This document shows, one piece after another, positions 9,472 to 17,747 of a stretch of 19,329 nucleotides of DNA. The position numbers and the translations under genes are program-made. Under the pieces are notes generated by a model. That model worked only from the letters and a program-made list of their open reading frames with translations. It was not told where the DNA came from and did no database searches. The DNA is taken from NCBI GenBank assembly GCA_030747675.1, contig JASLKH010000072.1:1-19329 (forward strand), given 5' to 3'. The first letter of the stretch is position 1, and each line of letters begins with the position of its first letter. The stretch is from Candidatus Thalassarchaeaceae archaeon. Lineage in GTDB: Archaea; Thermoplasmatota; Poseidoniia; Poseidoniales; Thalassarchaeaceae.

Positions 9472-10242
9472 ATGGCCCGCATCGCAGTGCTATGCGGCAC
9501 CGGCATGACCGAGTTGGCTACATCTACTGAAGGCGCGATTGTTGAATATTTTCGTTCCGAAACACCGTGGGGCGAGGTCCCTTGCACTCTTGTTAAATCT
9601 GAAAAGAAGCATCATCTGAATGAAATTGTATTTATTTATCGCCATCATAGCCCTGATGGAAGAGTCAACCCCCCTCATAGTATCGAGCATCGTGCAAATG
9701 TGCATGCTGCTACTTCGTTTGGAGTAGATGCAGTCATCAGCGTCTGGTGTGTAGGGTCAATGGATCCAGATTTTCCGCCAGGAGTGGTTGGTGTTGCCGA
9801 TGACATGCTCGATATATCTGGGACTGTGTGGACATTCCATGATTATTCAGCAGTCCATGTGGATCGGACTGAAATGTTTAATCGAGCATTATCATCAACT
9901 GCTGCAGATGTGTTGAAGTCCCAAGATAATGCAGGTCCCAATGCATACAAGCAGGTAGTTGGCCAAGCCAGTGGTCCACAATTCGAAAGTAGAGCGGATG
10001 TCGAAGCTTACCACCGACTAGGTGCAACGTGTGTTAACATGACAATTGGGGGGGAAGCTCGATGCATGTCGGAGAAAGAACCCCCACATATCGGACTATT
10101 GCTTTCGAGTAATTGGGCTGCAGGAAAAGACCCAGCCGATTCACTTACACCCGTGGATCACCACAGTGTTGAGGGTCTCGCAGCATCCATGCGAGCACGT
10201 GTTTGGGATGCGATATTAGGGGTTGCAGACAACTTTCATTAG
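9472..10242 (+). CDS. Purine nucleoside phosphorylase of the MTAP/MTIP family (divergent)
   Basis: AVLCGTG, TPWG, RHH..G..NPPHSIEHRAN, VGSM, GPQFES, NMT..GEA, SSNWAAG. SD-like AGGTG at 9460-9464 overlaps the rps3ae stop. Confidence 0.88.
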   Translation: MARIAVLCGTGMTELATSTEGAIVEYFRSETPWGEVPCTLVKSEKKHHLNEIVFIYRHHSPDGRVNPPHSIEHRANVHAATSFGVDAVISVWCVGSMDPDFPPGVVGVADDMLDISGTVWTFHDYSAVHVDRTEMFNRALSSTAADVLKSQDNAGPNAYKQVVGQASGPQFESRADVEAYHRLGATCVNMTIGGEARCMSEKEPPHIGLLLSSNWAAGKDPADSLTPVDHHSVEGLAASMRARVWDAILGVADNFH

Positions 10243-10292
10243 TCCCCAAGGTAAACAGTAGGTTCATCGTCCTCATTCACAGGCCGATGTGT

Positions 10293-10682
10293 ATGACGAG
10301 ACCTGTGAATGTAGATGAATGGGGCGAAGTAGATGCCTTGGAGGAACCGGATGGTTCGTGGATGACAATGATGGGTCGTGTAGCACGTTTTCATCTAAAG
10401 CACGATTTCGCTAACCCTGAAAATAATGGTCACGACATGGGCTATCGTCTTGCATTGGTGATAGAAGAGTTGGGCGAATTGTCTGCTGCCATTACGAAAG
10501 GGAAACCAAAGGAAGAAGCGGCTGAGGAATTGGCAGATGTATTCATATTGACTTTAGGGAATGCTTTGGCGATGGAAGTTGATTTGGAAGCTGAATTCCA
10601 TAAAAAGTTGGATAAAATAATGCAGAGGCCAGCAAAACGTGGTGGCATGGGCATACGAGTGACTGAATATCAAGGTGAATGA
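10293..10682 (+). CDS. MazG-like nucleoside triphosphate pyrophosphohydrolase (single all-alpha domain)
   Basis: LVIEELGELSAAI...EEAAEELADVFIL...EFHKKLDKI. ATG 10293 is preferred over the track start 10203, which overlaps the upstream gene. Confidence 0.88.
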   Translation: MTRPVNVDEWGEVDALEEPDGSWMTMMGRVARFHLKHDFANPENNGHDMGYRLALVIEELGELSAAITKGKPKEEAAEELADVFILTLGNALAMEVDLEAEFHKKLDKIMQRPAKRGGMGIRVTEYQGE

Positions 10683-11266
10683 AATACGGTGATTTCTTGG
10701 TCACGCCCGGTGAGATTTTCTTTGAGGATTATCCTGATTTCAAGCCCAATTTGACACCACGCCAAATTTTCCTTCTAGGTAGCTTTGGCGGAACCTATTG
10801 GCGCCCGATATTTTCAACAGTAAGTGGGGAAGATTTACGAAATCAGCATTTGGAATTTGAGTGTTGGTGGGACGGGATACCTGGAAATCACCTCACAAGT
10901 ATAGATTACTATAAATCAATCAATCGGTATCGTGTAAAGAGTGGCACTGACCTCGAACTTTGGGAATCCAAAGGATGGATACATGAGCAGGATCCTTATG
11001 GGTGGGTCCAATGGTATTGTCGATTTTTCGCAGGACGTCGAAGTGAAGATGATGCACGTCAGGTAACTAGGTGGAAGTCATTCACCGGATTCAATGGTCG
11101 GTTTCGCCGGCAATTGATTACGCGTATTTTAGAAAAAGAATCAAATTTCGATGATGAAAGTATTAGTCCTGTAATTCGCCAATCATTGCAACATTGGGCA
11201 TACCAATTGACTGAAACCGATTTTGAAAATGATGTTTTGAGCAGAGTAAGGAAAAATTTCGGCTGA
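10679..11266 (+). CDS. Conserved hypothetical protein (recalled as the PTHR37948/'zgc:113208'-like family)
   Basis: DYPDFKPNLTP..IFLLGSFGGTYWR, WESKGWIHEQDPYGWVQWYCRFFAGRRSEDDARQVTRW, SPVIRQSLQHWAY. ATGA overlap with the MazG stop. The family name is from memory, not a search. Confidence 0.75.
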   Translation: MKYGDFLVTPGEIFFEDYPDFKPNLTPRQIFLLGSFGGTYWRPIFSTVSGEDLRNQHLEFECWWDGIPGNHLTSIDYYKSINRYRVKSGTDLELWESKGWIHEQDPYGWVQWYCRFFAGRRSEDDARQVTRWKSFTGFNGRFRRQLITRILEKESNFDDESISPVIRQSLQHWAYQLTETDFENDVLSRVRKNFG

Positions 11267-11307
11267 TACCTAGCATTCAAGTGTGTAAACTGATTCGGAG
11301 TACCATA

Positions 11308-12123
11308 ATGTCATTGGAATATGCGAACATCGCGGGGTACCGATTTGTCACGCTATCGGATCGGGATGATTTACGAGCCCCATTCCAGGAAGAATGCAAG
11401 CGACTGAACCTCTTGGGAACAATTCTTCTGAGTTACGAAGGAATCAATTTTTTCTTATCTGGAAAACAGGAATCGATAGATATATTCCTAGAATTTCTTG
11501 ACCATGATGAACGATTAGCAGGGATCAAAATCAAGTTTTCCTACAGTGAAAAACCAGCATTCCGCAAAATGTATGTGAGGCTGAAGAAGGAAATTATCTC
11601 CATGGGGTGTGAAGAAATTAAGCCAGAATTTGAGACGGGTACATCAATTTCCCCCACTGAATTCAAGCATTGGTTGGATGAAGGAAAAGAAGTCACAATT
11701 CTAGATACCCGCAATGATTACGAGATTAGAGTTGGTACTTTTTCGAATGCGATTGATTTTGATATTCCCACATTTAGAGAATTCCCTAAAGCGGTTGAAG
11801 AATGTTCGTTAGACAAAGAAAAGCCAATAGTAATGTTTTGTACTGGCGGGATAAGGTGCGAAAAAGCCTCCCAATTAATGATAAATCAGGGATTCTTGGA
11901 TGTTAGACAACTCGAAGGAGGTATATTGGGATACTTCGAAGAAGTTGGTGGGGATTATTGGGACGGTGATTGCTTTGTCTTTGATCGGAGAGTTGCAGTT
12001 GATTCCAACTTACAAGAAACTGAAGCAGTTGTCTGCTATGCTTGTAGGGAGCCACTTTCATTAGATGAACAGGATGAATCGGATTACATTTTGGGAATGA
12101 GTTGCCCATATTGCTCAAATTAA
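11308..12123 (+). CDS. trhO: Rhodanese-domain tRNA U34 hydroxylase TrhO (YceA/UPF0176 family)
   Basis: GTILLSYEGIN, FRKMYVRLKKEIISMG, LDTRNDYEIRVGTF, MFCTGGIRCEKAS, QLEGGILGY, WDGDCFVFDRRVAV, C-terminal CYAC...CPYC. ATG 11308 is preferred. Confidence 0.9.
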   Translation: MSLEYANIAGYRFVTLSDRDDLRAPFQEECKRLNLLGTILLSYEGINFFLSGKQESIDIFLEFLDHDERLAGIKIKFSYSEKPAFRKMYVRLKKEIISMGCEEIKPEFETGTSISPTEFKHWLDEGKEVTILDTRNDYEIRVGTFSNAIDFDIPTFREFPKAVEECSLDKEKPIVMFCTGGIRCEKASQLMINQGFLDVRQLEGGILGYFEEVGGDYWDGDCFVFDRRVAVDSNLQETEAVVCYACREPLSLDEQDESDYILGMSCPYCSN

Positions 12124-12185
12124 GGCCCTAATTTAGTTGAACGGCATACTGATTATTTCAAATGTATTTGCGATTTCGACAAGAC

Positions 12186-14384
12186 ATGGGTCGTAAAATT
12201 AAATCATTGACCCTCGTGTTTTTGATGCTAACATCAGTACTATTGATTTCAGTACCAGTCGATGCAACAACAGAAGAAAATTCAGTAATTGAGCCAAAAT
12301 GTAATGCTAATCGAAATTCAACTTGGTCAGTTGGATTAATCTATTGTGATGATCAAGTGAATACCGGTTATACACTTTTTTCACCAATGTCTTCCACTAT
12401 CACCTATCTGATTGACATCCATGGACGCGAAATCCATTCTTGGATTTCTCCAGGTGGGCACCGCCCTGGCTTGTCATCCTACTTACTTGAGGATGGGGAT
12501 CTGCTACGAACTGCTAATTTGGGACAAAATGCCCCCGGTTCATTTAGCGGAGGAGGGGCTGCCGGCAAGGTTGAGAGAATTTCATGGGATGGCACACTCG
12601 AATGGTCATGGACATATTCGACAAATCAGGTCCGCAGTCATCATGATATTGAACCACTACCAAATGGTAATTTTTTGATGATAGCGTGGGAATCAAAAAC
12701 TGAAGCCGAAGCAATTCAGGCAGGTCGCGATCCGAATAGCCTGAGCCAATCTTCATTATGGCCTGATCACATTATTGAGGTGCAACCAGTTGGCTCTAAC
12801 CAAGCAAACATTGTGTGGGAATGGCATGTGTGGGATCATCTGATTCAAGATCACGATTCAAGCAAAGAAAACTATGGAGTTGTTGCCGAACATCCAGAAT
12901 TGTTGGATATTAATTTTCAAGACAATAGTGGTCCCCAATCAGGTCGTAGCGATTGGATGCATTGTAATGGAATTGATTACAATGCTGCGTTAGATCATAT
13001 TGTATTTTCATGTAAAAATATGAATGAAATATATATCATTGATCATAGTACTACTACTATAGAAGCAGCTGGACACACTGGTGGACAATCAGGTAAAGGT
13101 GGTGATTTCTTGTATCGATGGGGTAATCCAGAATCCTATCGGGCAGGAAATTTGTATGATCAGAAACTGTTTGGCCAACACGATATTCAATGGATTGAAG
13201 AGGATAGAGTTGGTGCTGGACAGTTGATATTGTTCAACAACGGTGTTGGTAGAACTCCTGAGTATTCCTCAATTGATGTTTTCTCACCACCATTCAACCC
13301 AGTCAGTGGAGAGTATACACTGGAAAGCGGACTAGCATGGGGGCCTACTGCAACGAGTTGGGATTGGGATATAGGGGGTGAAATGTATGGCACATCAATT
13401 TCAGGAGTAGAGCGATTACCTAATGGAAATACATTGGTAACATTCGGCCCAAAGGGTACATTCTATGAAGTCAACCTTGATGGTGAAATTGTATGGGAAT
13501 ACGTCAATCCAGTTGTAGGTAGCGGACCTATGAATCAAGGCGACACAGTTCCACAAGGGAACCAGCCAGAAAGTTCTCAAAATAATGTATTCAAAGTCCG
13601 TCGATATTCCAGTGTATTCCCTGGGTTGGTAGATAAGGATTTGACTCCTTACGATTATATCGAATCATGGACGGATGCTTGTAACAAAGAAGAATCAATT
13701 CCTTGGGACTCTGATGGGGATGGATGCATAGATGATTCAGATGGAGACGGAATCTACGATAATGCCGATATCTGCGATGGATTCGATGACACAATTGATA
13801 TTGATTTGGATGGGATTCCTGACGGCTGTGATCAATTAATTGATTCAGATGAGGATGGTGTATCCGATTCATCCGACATATGCCCTGGTTATGACGACAC
13901 AATTGATATTGATTTGGATGGAATTCCTGACGGCTGCGATTCTACCCCGCTTGGCGAAAATCAAGATGTTGGAAATAATTCGTCCCCCTCCAATAATTCC
14001 GATAATGGTTCTTCTATTGTTTTCGAAAATGAAAACTCGGATTCGAATGATAGCAAAATGACAATTGCAGTTATATTTTCCATTATTGGACTACTTTTGA
14101 TATTTATCAGTGCCTCCTACTTTTTCTTGACGAATATTCGCAATCAAAATCAAGTTTGGGGGCCGGCTCCAGTTGACCCGTTTGATTACTCAAAGGTTCA
14201 CCAAATCCCCGATTATGATCCACCTGCTCAAGTTCTTGAACCCACTCCCGTCCAACCTGCCCTCGAAGTTCGTGCGACAGTATCTCCACCTTTGCCCCCA
14301 ACAGGACTTCCCGAAGGTTGGACTTTGGAACAGTGGGAGCATTATGGGCAACAATATTTGGATAGAACAAACTCTTTGAATTAG
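12186..14384 (+). CDS. Secreted, membrane-anchored aryl-sulfate sulfotransferase (ASST)-family beta-propeller with thrombospondin type-3 repeats and a Pro-rich tail
   Basis: Signal peptide MGRKIKSLTLVFLMLTSVLLISVPVDA; motifs SHHDIEPLPNGN, DWMHCNGIDY, FGQHDIQW, ERLPNGNTL; DxDxDG repeats; TM IAVIFSIIGLLLIFISASYFFL; tail PPLPPTGLPEGWTLEQWEHYGQQYL. Confidence 0.88.
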   Translation: MGRKIKSLTLVFLMLTSVLLISVPVDATTEENSVIEPKCNANRNSTWSVGLIYCDDQVNTGYTLFSPMSSTITYLIDIHGREIHSWISPGGHRPGLSSYLLEDGDLLRTANLGQNAPGSFSGGGAAGKVERISWDGTLEWSWTYSTNQVRSHHDIEPLPNGNFLMIAWESKTEAEAIQAGRDPNSLSQSSLWPDHIIEVQPVGSNQANIVWEWHVWDHLIQDHDSSKENYGVVAEHPELLDINFQDNSGPQSGRSDWMHCNGIDYNAALDHIVFSCKNMNEIYIIDHSTTTIEAAGHTGGQSGKGGDFLYRWGNPESYRAGNLYDQKLFGQHDIQWIEEDRVGAGQLILFNNGVGRTPEYSSIDVFSPPFNPVSGEYTLESGLAWGPTATSWDWDIGGEMYGTSISGVERLPNGNTLVTFGPKGTFYEVNLDGEIVWEYVNPVVGSGPMNQGDTVPQGNQPESSQNNVFKVRRYSSVFPGLVDKDLTPYDYIESWTDACNKEESIPWDSDGDGCIDDSDGDGIYDNADICDGFDDTIDIDLDGIPDGCDQLIDSDEDGVSDSSDICPGYDDTIDIDLDGIPDGCDSTPLGENQDVGNNSSPSNNSDNGSSIVFENENSDSNDSKMTIAVIFSIIGLLLIFISASYFFLTNIRNQNQVWGPAPVDPFDYSKVHQIPDYDPPAQVLEPTPVQPALEVRATVSPPLPPTGLPEGWTLEQWEHYGQQYLDRTNSLN
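13788..13940 (+). repeat. 45-bp direct repeat (13788-13832 and 13896-13940; 43/45 identical; 108-bp period) encoding duplicated TSP3 units DTIDIDLDGIPDGCD
   Basis: Compared directly. The only differences are synonymous (GGG/GGA and TGT/TGC). Confidence 0.92.
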
Positions 14385-14890
14385 GTCATTGTCCAAATGG
14401 AATATGTTGATGAATAGTCGTCTCCATCAGATTCGCCCCTTCGTTCGATTACATTTTCAGTCCATTTACTACGATCCCATTCAGGGAATTCTACATTTCC
14501 TGAATTTGAAGTGTGCACCGTCGTGATATGAATTTCATCAATTTGGTCCATGAACATTTGATAGATTTGGCCACCACCTATAATCCAGCATTCATCACAA
14601 GCCTCAGCATGAGCGATTTCGATTGCTCTACCAGGATATAATGCGGCATCAGCATCTGGATGGGACCAATTCGTGTCCTTAGACATTACAATATTGACAC
14701 GCTCAGGAAGGGGCCTGAATGCCTCAGGAAGTGATTCCCAAGTTTTACGGCCCATGATGACTGCATTGTACCCATCTGCAATCGTAAGCTCCTTGAAACG
14801 AGCCATATCGGATTGCATTCTCCACGGTAAGGTGTTCTCATTACCAATAATTCCAGTTTCATCCATGGCAACAATCATCGCTATTTTCAA
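14381..14890 (-). CDS. folA: Dihydrofolate reductase (bacterial type)
   Basis: MIVAMDETGIIG..NTLPWRMQSDMARFKELT, VIMGRKTWESLP..PLPERVNIVMS, WIIGGGQIY. TTG start preceded by SD GAGGTGA. Confidence 0.96.
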   Translation of the reverse strand: MKIAMIVAMDETGIIGNENTLPWRMQSDMARFKELTIADGYNAVIMGRKTWESLPEAFRPLPERVNIVMSKDTNWSHPDADAALYPGRAIEIAHAEACDECWIIGGGQIYQMFMDQIDEIHITTVHTSNSGNVEFPEWDRSKWTENVIERRGESDGDDYSSTYSIWTMT

Positions 14891-14894
14891 AAAA

Positions 14895-14901
14895 TCACCT
14901 C
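14895..14901 (-). promoter_or_regulatory. Shine-Dalgarno GAGGTGA for folA, overlapping the thyA stop codon
   Basis: The + strand reads tcacctc at 14895-14901, 4 nt from the TTG start at 14890. Confidence 0.7.
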
Positions 14902-15694
14902 ATACACTAATTGGTGCAGTAATGTGTGGATGGTGTTCATACCCCACAATCTCAATATGTTCTGACAAGAAGTCATCAATATTCATAATCGAAGTCTCTA
15001 ACTTTAATTTCGGTAGTGTCATTGGAATCCTAGAAATTTGTTCCTTAGCCTGCTCAAGGTGATTCAAGTATAGGTGGGCGTCACCGATGGTGTGCACAAA
15101 TTCCCCAACATCTAGGTCACAAACTTGTGCAATCATGTGGCATAAGAGCGCGTATGATGAAATATTGAAGGGTACGCCAAGAAATATATCTGCACTACGT
15201 TGATACAATTGTAATGACAACTTCCCATCGGCTACGTAGAATTGGAAGAATGCATGGCAGGGCATTAATGCCATATCATCCAGTTCGCCGACATTCCAGG
15301 CACTGACAATATTCCGACGACTTTCAGGATTATTTTTGAGTGTTTCAATTGCTCTAGCAATTTGATCAATCATCTGCCCATCTTCAGTTTCCCACTTCCT
15401 CCATTGTTTGCCATAAACTGGACCCAAATCTCCGTTCTCATCAGCCCACTCATTCCAAATTCTCACTTTATTTTCTTGTAGATAGGCCACATTGGTATCG
15501 CCTGATAGGAACCACAGAAGTTCATGGATGATACTTGGCCAGTGCAGCCTCTTTGTTGTTACAGCCGGAAACCCTTCGGATAAATCAAATCGCATTTGGT
15601 GTCCAAAAACACTCAGTGTCCCTGTACCTGTACGGTCTCCGCGCTCCACTCCTTCATCGAGGACTCGTCGGATGAGGTCAAGGTAAGTTTGCAT
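14900..15694 (-). CDS. thyA: Thymidylate synthase ThyA (264 aa, E. coli-like length and motifs)
   Basis: [87 protein letters not shown]. Confidence 0.98.
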   Translation of the reverse strand: MQTYLDLIRRVLDEGVERGDRTGTGTLSVFGHQMRFDLSEGFPAVTTKRLHWPSIIHELLWFLSGDTNVAYLQENKVRIWNEWADENGDLGPVYGKQWRKWETEDGQMIDQIARAIETLKNNPESRRNIVSAWNVGELDDMALMPCHAFFQFYVADGKLSLQLYQRSADIFLGVPFNISSYALLCHMIAQVCDLDVGEFVHTIGDAHLYLNHLEQAKEQISRIPMTLPKLKLETSIMNIDDFLSEHIEIVGYEHHPHITAPISV

Positions 15695-15747
15695 GGGAAC
15701 AAGATAGACTGTGTAGAGCCGGTTCTTGAATTGTGTCCCACCTCATT

Positions 15748-16524
15748 TCAGGGTGCACCCAGTGCTGCTAAAGAACCAATTAGTTGGTCCGTGAATCTCC
15801 GATAAAGAGCCCCAATCGATGCACGTCGCTCATGTTTCTCTGATTCAATAATTGCTTGAAGTTGCCCATCATCTTGGTTGCCACCCTTTGGGTGCTGTAT
15901 CCATTCATTCCAAGTAATCCCCTCTCCATATGAAACCTCTACTTTTTTCCATGGTCGCAGAATTTTGTCGCCTGGCGCCATTACAGAACGTGCGCCAACT
16001 AATGCACAAGGATATACGGGTACATTTGGGTGGCTTGCAGCAAGACGTGCAACTCCGGTTCTTCCAGGCTGTAAATAAGGGGCTGAATCCCTCCTTGAAC
16101 GAGTCCCTTCAGGAAAAATACCCATTACTTTTCCGTGGCTTAGGACATCTGATGCACGTGCCAAAGCATCTGATGCCCCTGATTCCCGATGGGTGTTGAT
16201 TTGACCAGTAGTCCGCATCACAATCGCTGTGTGAAAATGCTTGAAATGAGAATCCTTTGCAAGATAGTGCACACGTTTCCTTGAACCACCAATTATTGCA
16301 ATTGGATCGATGTGGGATGTGTGGTTTCCTGCAAGGATAGCAGGGCCCCTTCTGTTAATTCGATCTAGCCCATAAAATCTCAATCGGAAAATAGTTCTTA
16401 GGAATGCCGGGAGTGTACGTAGTAGCATTGAGTACGTTGGTGCTTTGGGTAGTGGGATTCCAGTACCAGGGATTTCGCATAACTTGTTGAATTCCAAGAG
16501 AGTGGAATCAGAAATCATTCCCAT
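15748..16524 (-). CDS. plsC: 1-acyl-sn-glycerol-3-phosphate acyltransferase (PlsC/LPLAT family)
   Basis: Block I NHTSHID (HX4D), block II YLAK, block III IFPEGTRS, block IV GVARLA...VPVYP. Confidence 0.88.
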   Translation of the reverse strand: MGMISDSTLLEFNKLCEIPGTGIPLPKAPTYSMLLRTLPAFLRTIFRLRFYGLDRINRRGPAILAGNHTSHIDPIAIIGGSRKRVHYLAKDSHFKHFHTAIVMRTTGQINTHRESGASDALARASDVLSHGKVMGIFPEGTRSRRDSAPYLQPGRTGVARLAASHPNVPVYPCALVGARSVMAPGDKILRPWKKVEVSYGEGITWNEWIQHPKGGNQDDGQLQAIIESEKHERRASIGALYRRFTDQLIGSLAALGAP

Positions 16525-16580
16525 TGACCTGGTCTGTACAGTATTTACTCTTCAGTATTGCCGATGTTAGTACCCTCAAA

Positions 16581-17747
16581 ATGAAGAACGGTGACCTTCC
16601 GCCATTAGCCGTGAACACCCGTCGCCTATCGGCTTTCGTCATGCTTTTCGTACTGTTGGTGCCCTTGGGGTTACCTACTGCTGTTGCATGGCAGGAAGAT
16701 GGTTGGCTGACTCAAGAAGTAGTCGGGGGGGAACGTCTTGAACTTGGCGATGAGTTTGGATGCCATGGCATACCTGGGGTGAATACACTGGACAATCTCA
16801 AAGAAGTCGTGGGTGAATGTAAGGAATACCTCACAGATCGTATTGATGCATCTAAATGGGGATCTAACCCACTTTCATTTGGGTTGCCTTCAGAAGAAAT
16901 TTCTGATGCACACGGGCTGGAATTATTTGAGAGTGGATTCCGCGTAGTTGGGGACCAAATCGAAGGTGACCCCAATTATGTCAATAAAGTAGAACGAAAT
17001 GGTGGTAGTTTGGAAAAGAATGTGGCTGATGAGGATTTGATTCAATCTGTAGCATCTCATGGTGGTCTTGTTAGTATGTATTGGGAGGCGAGAATTGAAG
17101 ATTTGAATGTCCGTCGTGACAAAGACGTTGTTGAATGGATTGAAGATCAAAGTGTATGGTATACAACTTGGGGTGAGTACCATTCATACCTCAATGGGGG
17201 TGAATTGAACACCACGGATTCAGATGGAAATTTGGAAATTTCTATTTCATCGGGGCTAGGTTACTGGCCCGTGCCACTAACTTTGAGAATTGATTTAGGC
17301 AATGTTTCTATCCAAAAAATAATTGATGAAAATGGAATGGAATTAGAATTGATGGGTTCCGAAGAAGGCCATTTGAGAAGTGGATGGAGGGTTGAGAATT
17401 CTTATCTCATTATATCGGTCAGTCCAGATTTAGTTACAACAATCTACACAGAGGGCGAGACTGATTGGTCGGACGTTACAATCATCGAAAACCAACCTCT
17501 TTTCAATAACCACACTTGGGCAATTGCAGTTGCAGGCCATCACACCACGGATTTATTTGAATGGAGTGAACCATTCCAATATAGTTCACTTAGGTTCACT
17601 TGGTTAGTTGAACCAAAAGCCGATATCGAACCCAGTTGGATTTTACCAATGGTTGCTATTGTCATCATTTTAGTGGCTCCAACAGCCATTTGGTGGACAT
17701 TGAAAAAGGATAGAGAAATGCAAAATTACTCTGATGATGAGGAGTGA
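16581..17747 (+). CDS. Hypothetical secreted protein with a C-terminal TM anchor
   Basis: N-terminal hydrophobic signal SAFVMLFVLLVPLGLPTAVA; C-terminal TM WILPMVAIVIILVAPTAIWWTL followed by KKDRE. ATG 16581 is preferred because the track start at 16524 collides with the plsC start. Confidence 0.75.
   Translation: MKNGDLPPLAVNTRRLSAFVMLFVLLVPLGLPTAVAWQEDGWLTQEVVGGERLELGDEFGCHGIPGVNTLDNLKEVVGECKEYLTDRIDASKWGSNPLSFGLPSEEISDAHGLELFESGFRVVGDQIEGDPNYVNKVERNGGSLEKNVADEDLIQSVASHGGLVSMYWEARIEDLNVRRDKDVVEWIEDQSVWYTTWGEYHSYLNGGELNTTDSDGNLEISISSGLGYWPVPLTLRIDLGNVSIQKIIDENGMELELMGSEEGHLRSGWRVENSYLIISVSPDLVTTIYTEGETDWSDVTIIENQPLFNNHTWAIAVAGHHTTDLFEWSEPFQYSSLRFTWLVEPKADIEPSWILPMVAIVIILVAPTAIWWTLKKDREMQNYSDDEE

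Noticed and set aside
10243-11307. Possible prophage or mobile-element remnant around MazG and the unknown gene
   Set aside because: I saw no integrase, transposase, att-like direct repeat or obvious composition shift. Only gene-level viral affinity is hypothesised.
11308-14384. Rhodanese-domain gene next to a sulfotransferase, suggesting a sulfur-transfer pathway
   Set aside because: The rhodanese protein is TrhO-type (cytoplasmic tRNA hydroxylation) and the ASST is extracellular. Different chemistry and compartments make a shared pathway unlikely.
16611-16645. NTRRLSAF as a twin-arginine (Tat) signal
   Set aside because: It lacks the consensus Phe/Leu after RR-x, and a Sec signal explains it equally well.
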